From positions 24,182,001-24,246,000 of the forward strand of contig CM075988.1 in assembly GCA_038087875.1 (NCBI GenBank): a stretch of DNA of 64,000 nt, in the 5' to 3' direction. Below the pieces are notes generated by a model. The model searched no databases and was not told the DNA's origin. It worked only from the letters and a program-made list of their open reading frames with translations. This document shows positions 63,233 through 64,000 of this stretch, piece by piece (the first letter of the stretch is position 1; each line of letters begins with the position of its first letter). Position numbers and translations under genes: made by a program. The stretch is from Malacoraja senta. Lineage: Eukaryota.

Positions 63233-64000
63233 GAAGCTTGCTCAGTGATGTCCTCACAGATCATGTCTGTTGGCTGCATTCAAACAGCTGAATCAGTCAT
63301 TAAAACCGTGCTAATTCCCACAATCGTTAGAATCAAAGGAGTTCAAAAGCATTCGGCTTGTGCTCTCCTGCCATTTGATAGCGATAGTGAAAATTTAATA
63401 GACCATATCAACAGCCCGACTGCAAGATAGTCTTTAAAGAGCAAGGTTTGCGTGGTGCTTAACACTCTCGCCAGCAGCCCATCACCACTCTGTGCCAGTG
63501 GCAAAACAGGAACAGCTCTCCACAAATTATCCACGCAAACATTCGCATCCAAATATTGATGTTGCAGGATATCTGAGGCCTATGGAGCAGAAATTAGACC
63601 AATTATCGTGTTGCTTCCAAATCAGTCGAACGCCATTAGGAGACCTGAACTTTCATCCAAACAGCCACGAACTTCCGTAATAAATGGGAACGCTGCCCAG
63701 CAACCAATGAAATGCAGGATAATTACTGCCTTAATGCTTCAAAGCAATTTGTTTGGCAGTCGTGACCAATCTCCTGTTCCCTCCGGTCACTTTATGGAGC
63801 GCCAGTGCGTGGAGTTTAAACGCCTTGATGTTTCTTGGTAAGATCAAGCATCTAATTCACTTGCGCTCCTTGACTCAACGGTTTGATCAAGTAATGGCGT
63901 AACCTTGCAGACATTCGAAGGTAGGGAGCCACAACAGGAACGTGTAAAGCACCAGGGAATTAACAAAACTAATTAAAACATAAATTAAAATCAATCGGCA

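Overview
Repeat-rich, almost entirely non-coding vertebrate genomic DNA. The repeat repertoire points to a cartilaginous fish, probably a skate or ray (inference). Interspersed repeats make up very roughly half of the window by eye: tRNA-derived HE1/V-SINE-type SINEs, 5'-truncated CR1-clade LINEs, Rex1/Babar 3' ends, old DeuSINE relics, an ancient L1/Tx1 relic, and more than 30 short Penelope-like (PLE) terminal-repeat copies. The PLE copies often form fold-backs, have 12-14 bp TSDs and carry minimal type-I hammerhead-ribozyme-like cores. Non-autonomous DNA transposons with visible TIRs/TSDs are also present: PIF/Harbinger-like (TTA TSD), hAT-like (8 bp TSD) and one P-element-like (8 bp TSD). 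One Harbinger-like MITE family carries a PLE hammerhead fold-back as a fixed internal part, seen at two loci. No complete gene is present and the long ORFs are LINE-derived or spurious. The window looks like large introns of a minus-strand gene I could not identify: a well-formed 26-nt micro-exon at 3259-3284, weaker exon candidates near 16.5 kb and 61.9 kb, a minus-strand G:U-containing hairpin at 18.5 kb, and repeat-free islands with Pbx-Hox/Meis motifs. Family names come from recalled consensus motifs, not database searches. Repeat boundaries without TSDs are approximate.
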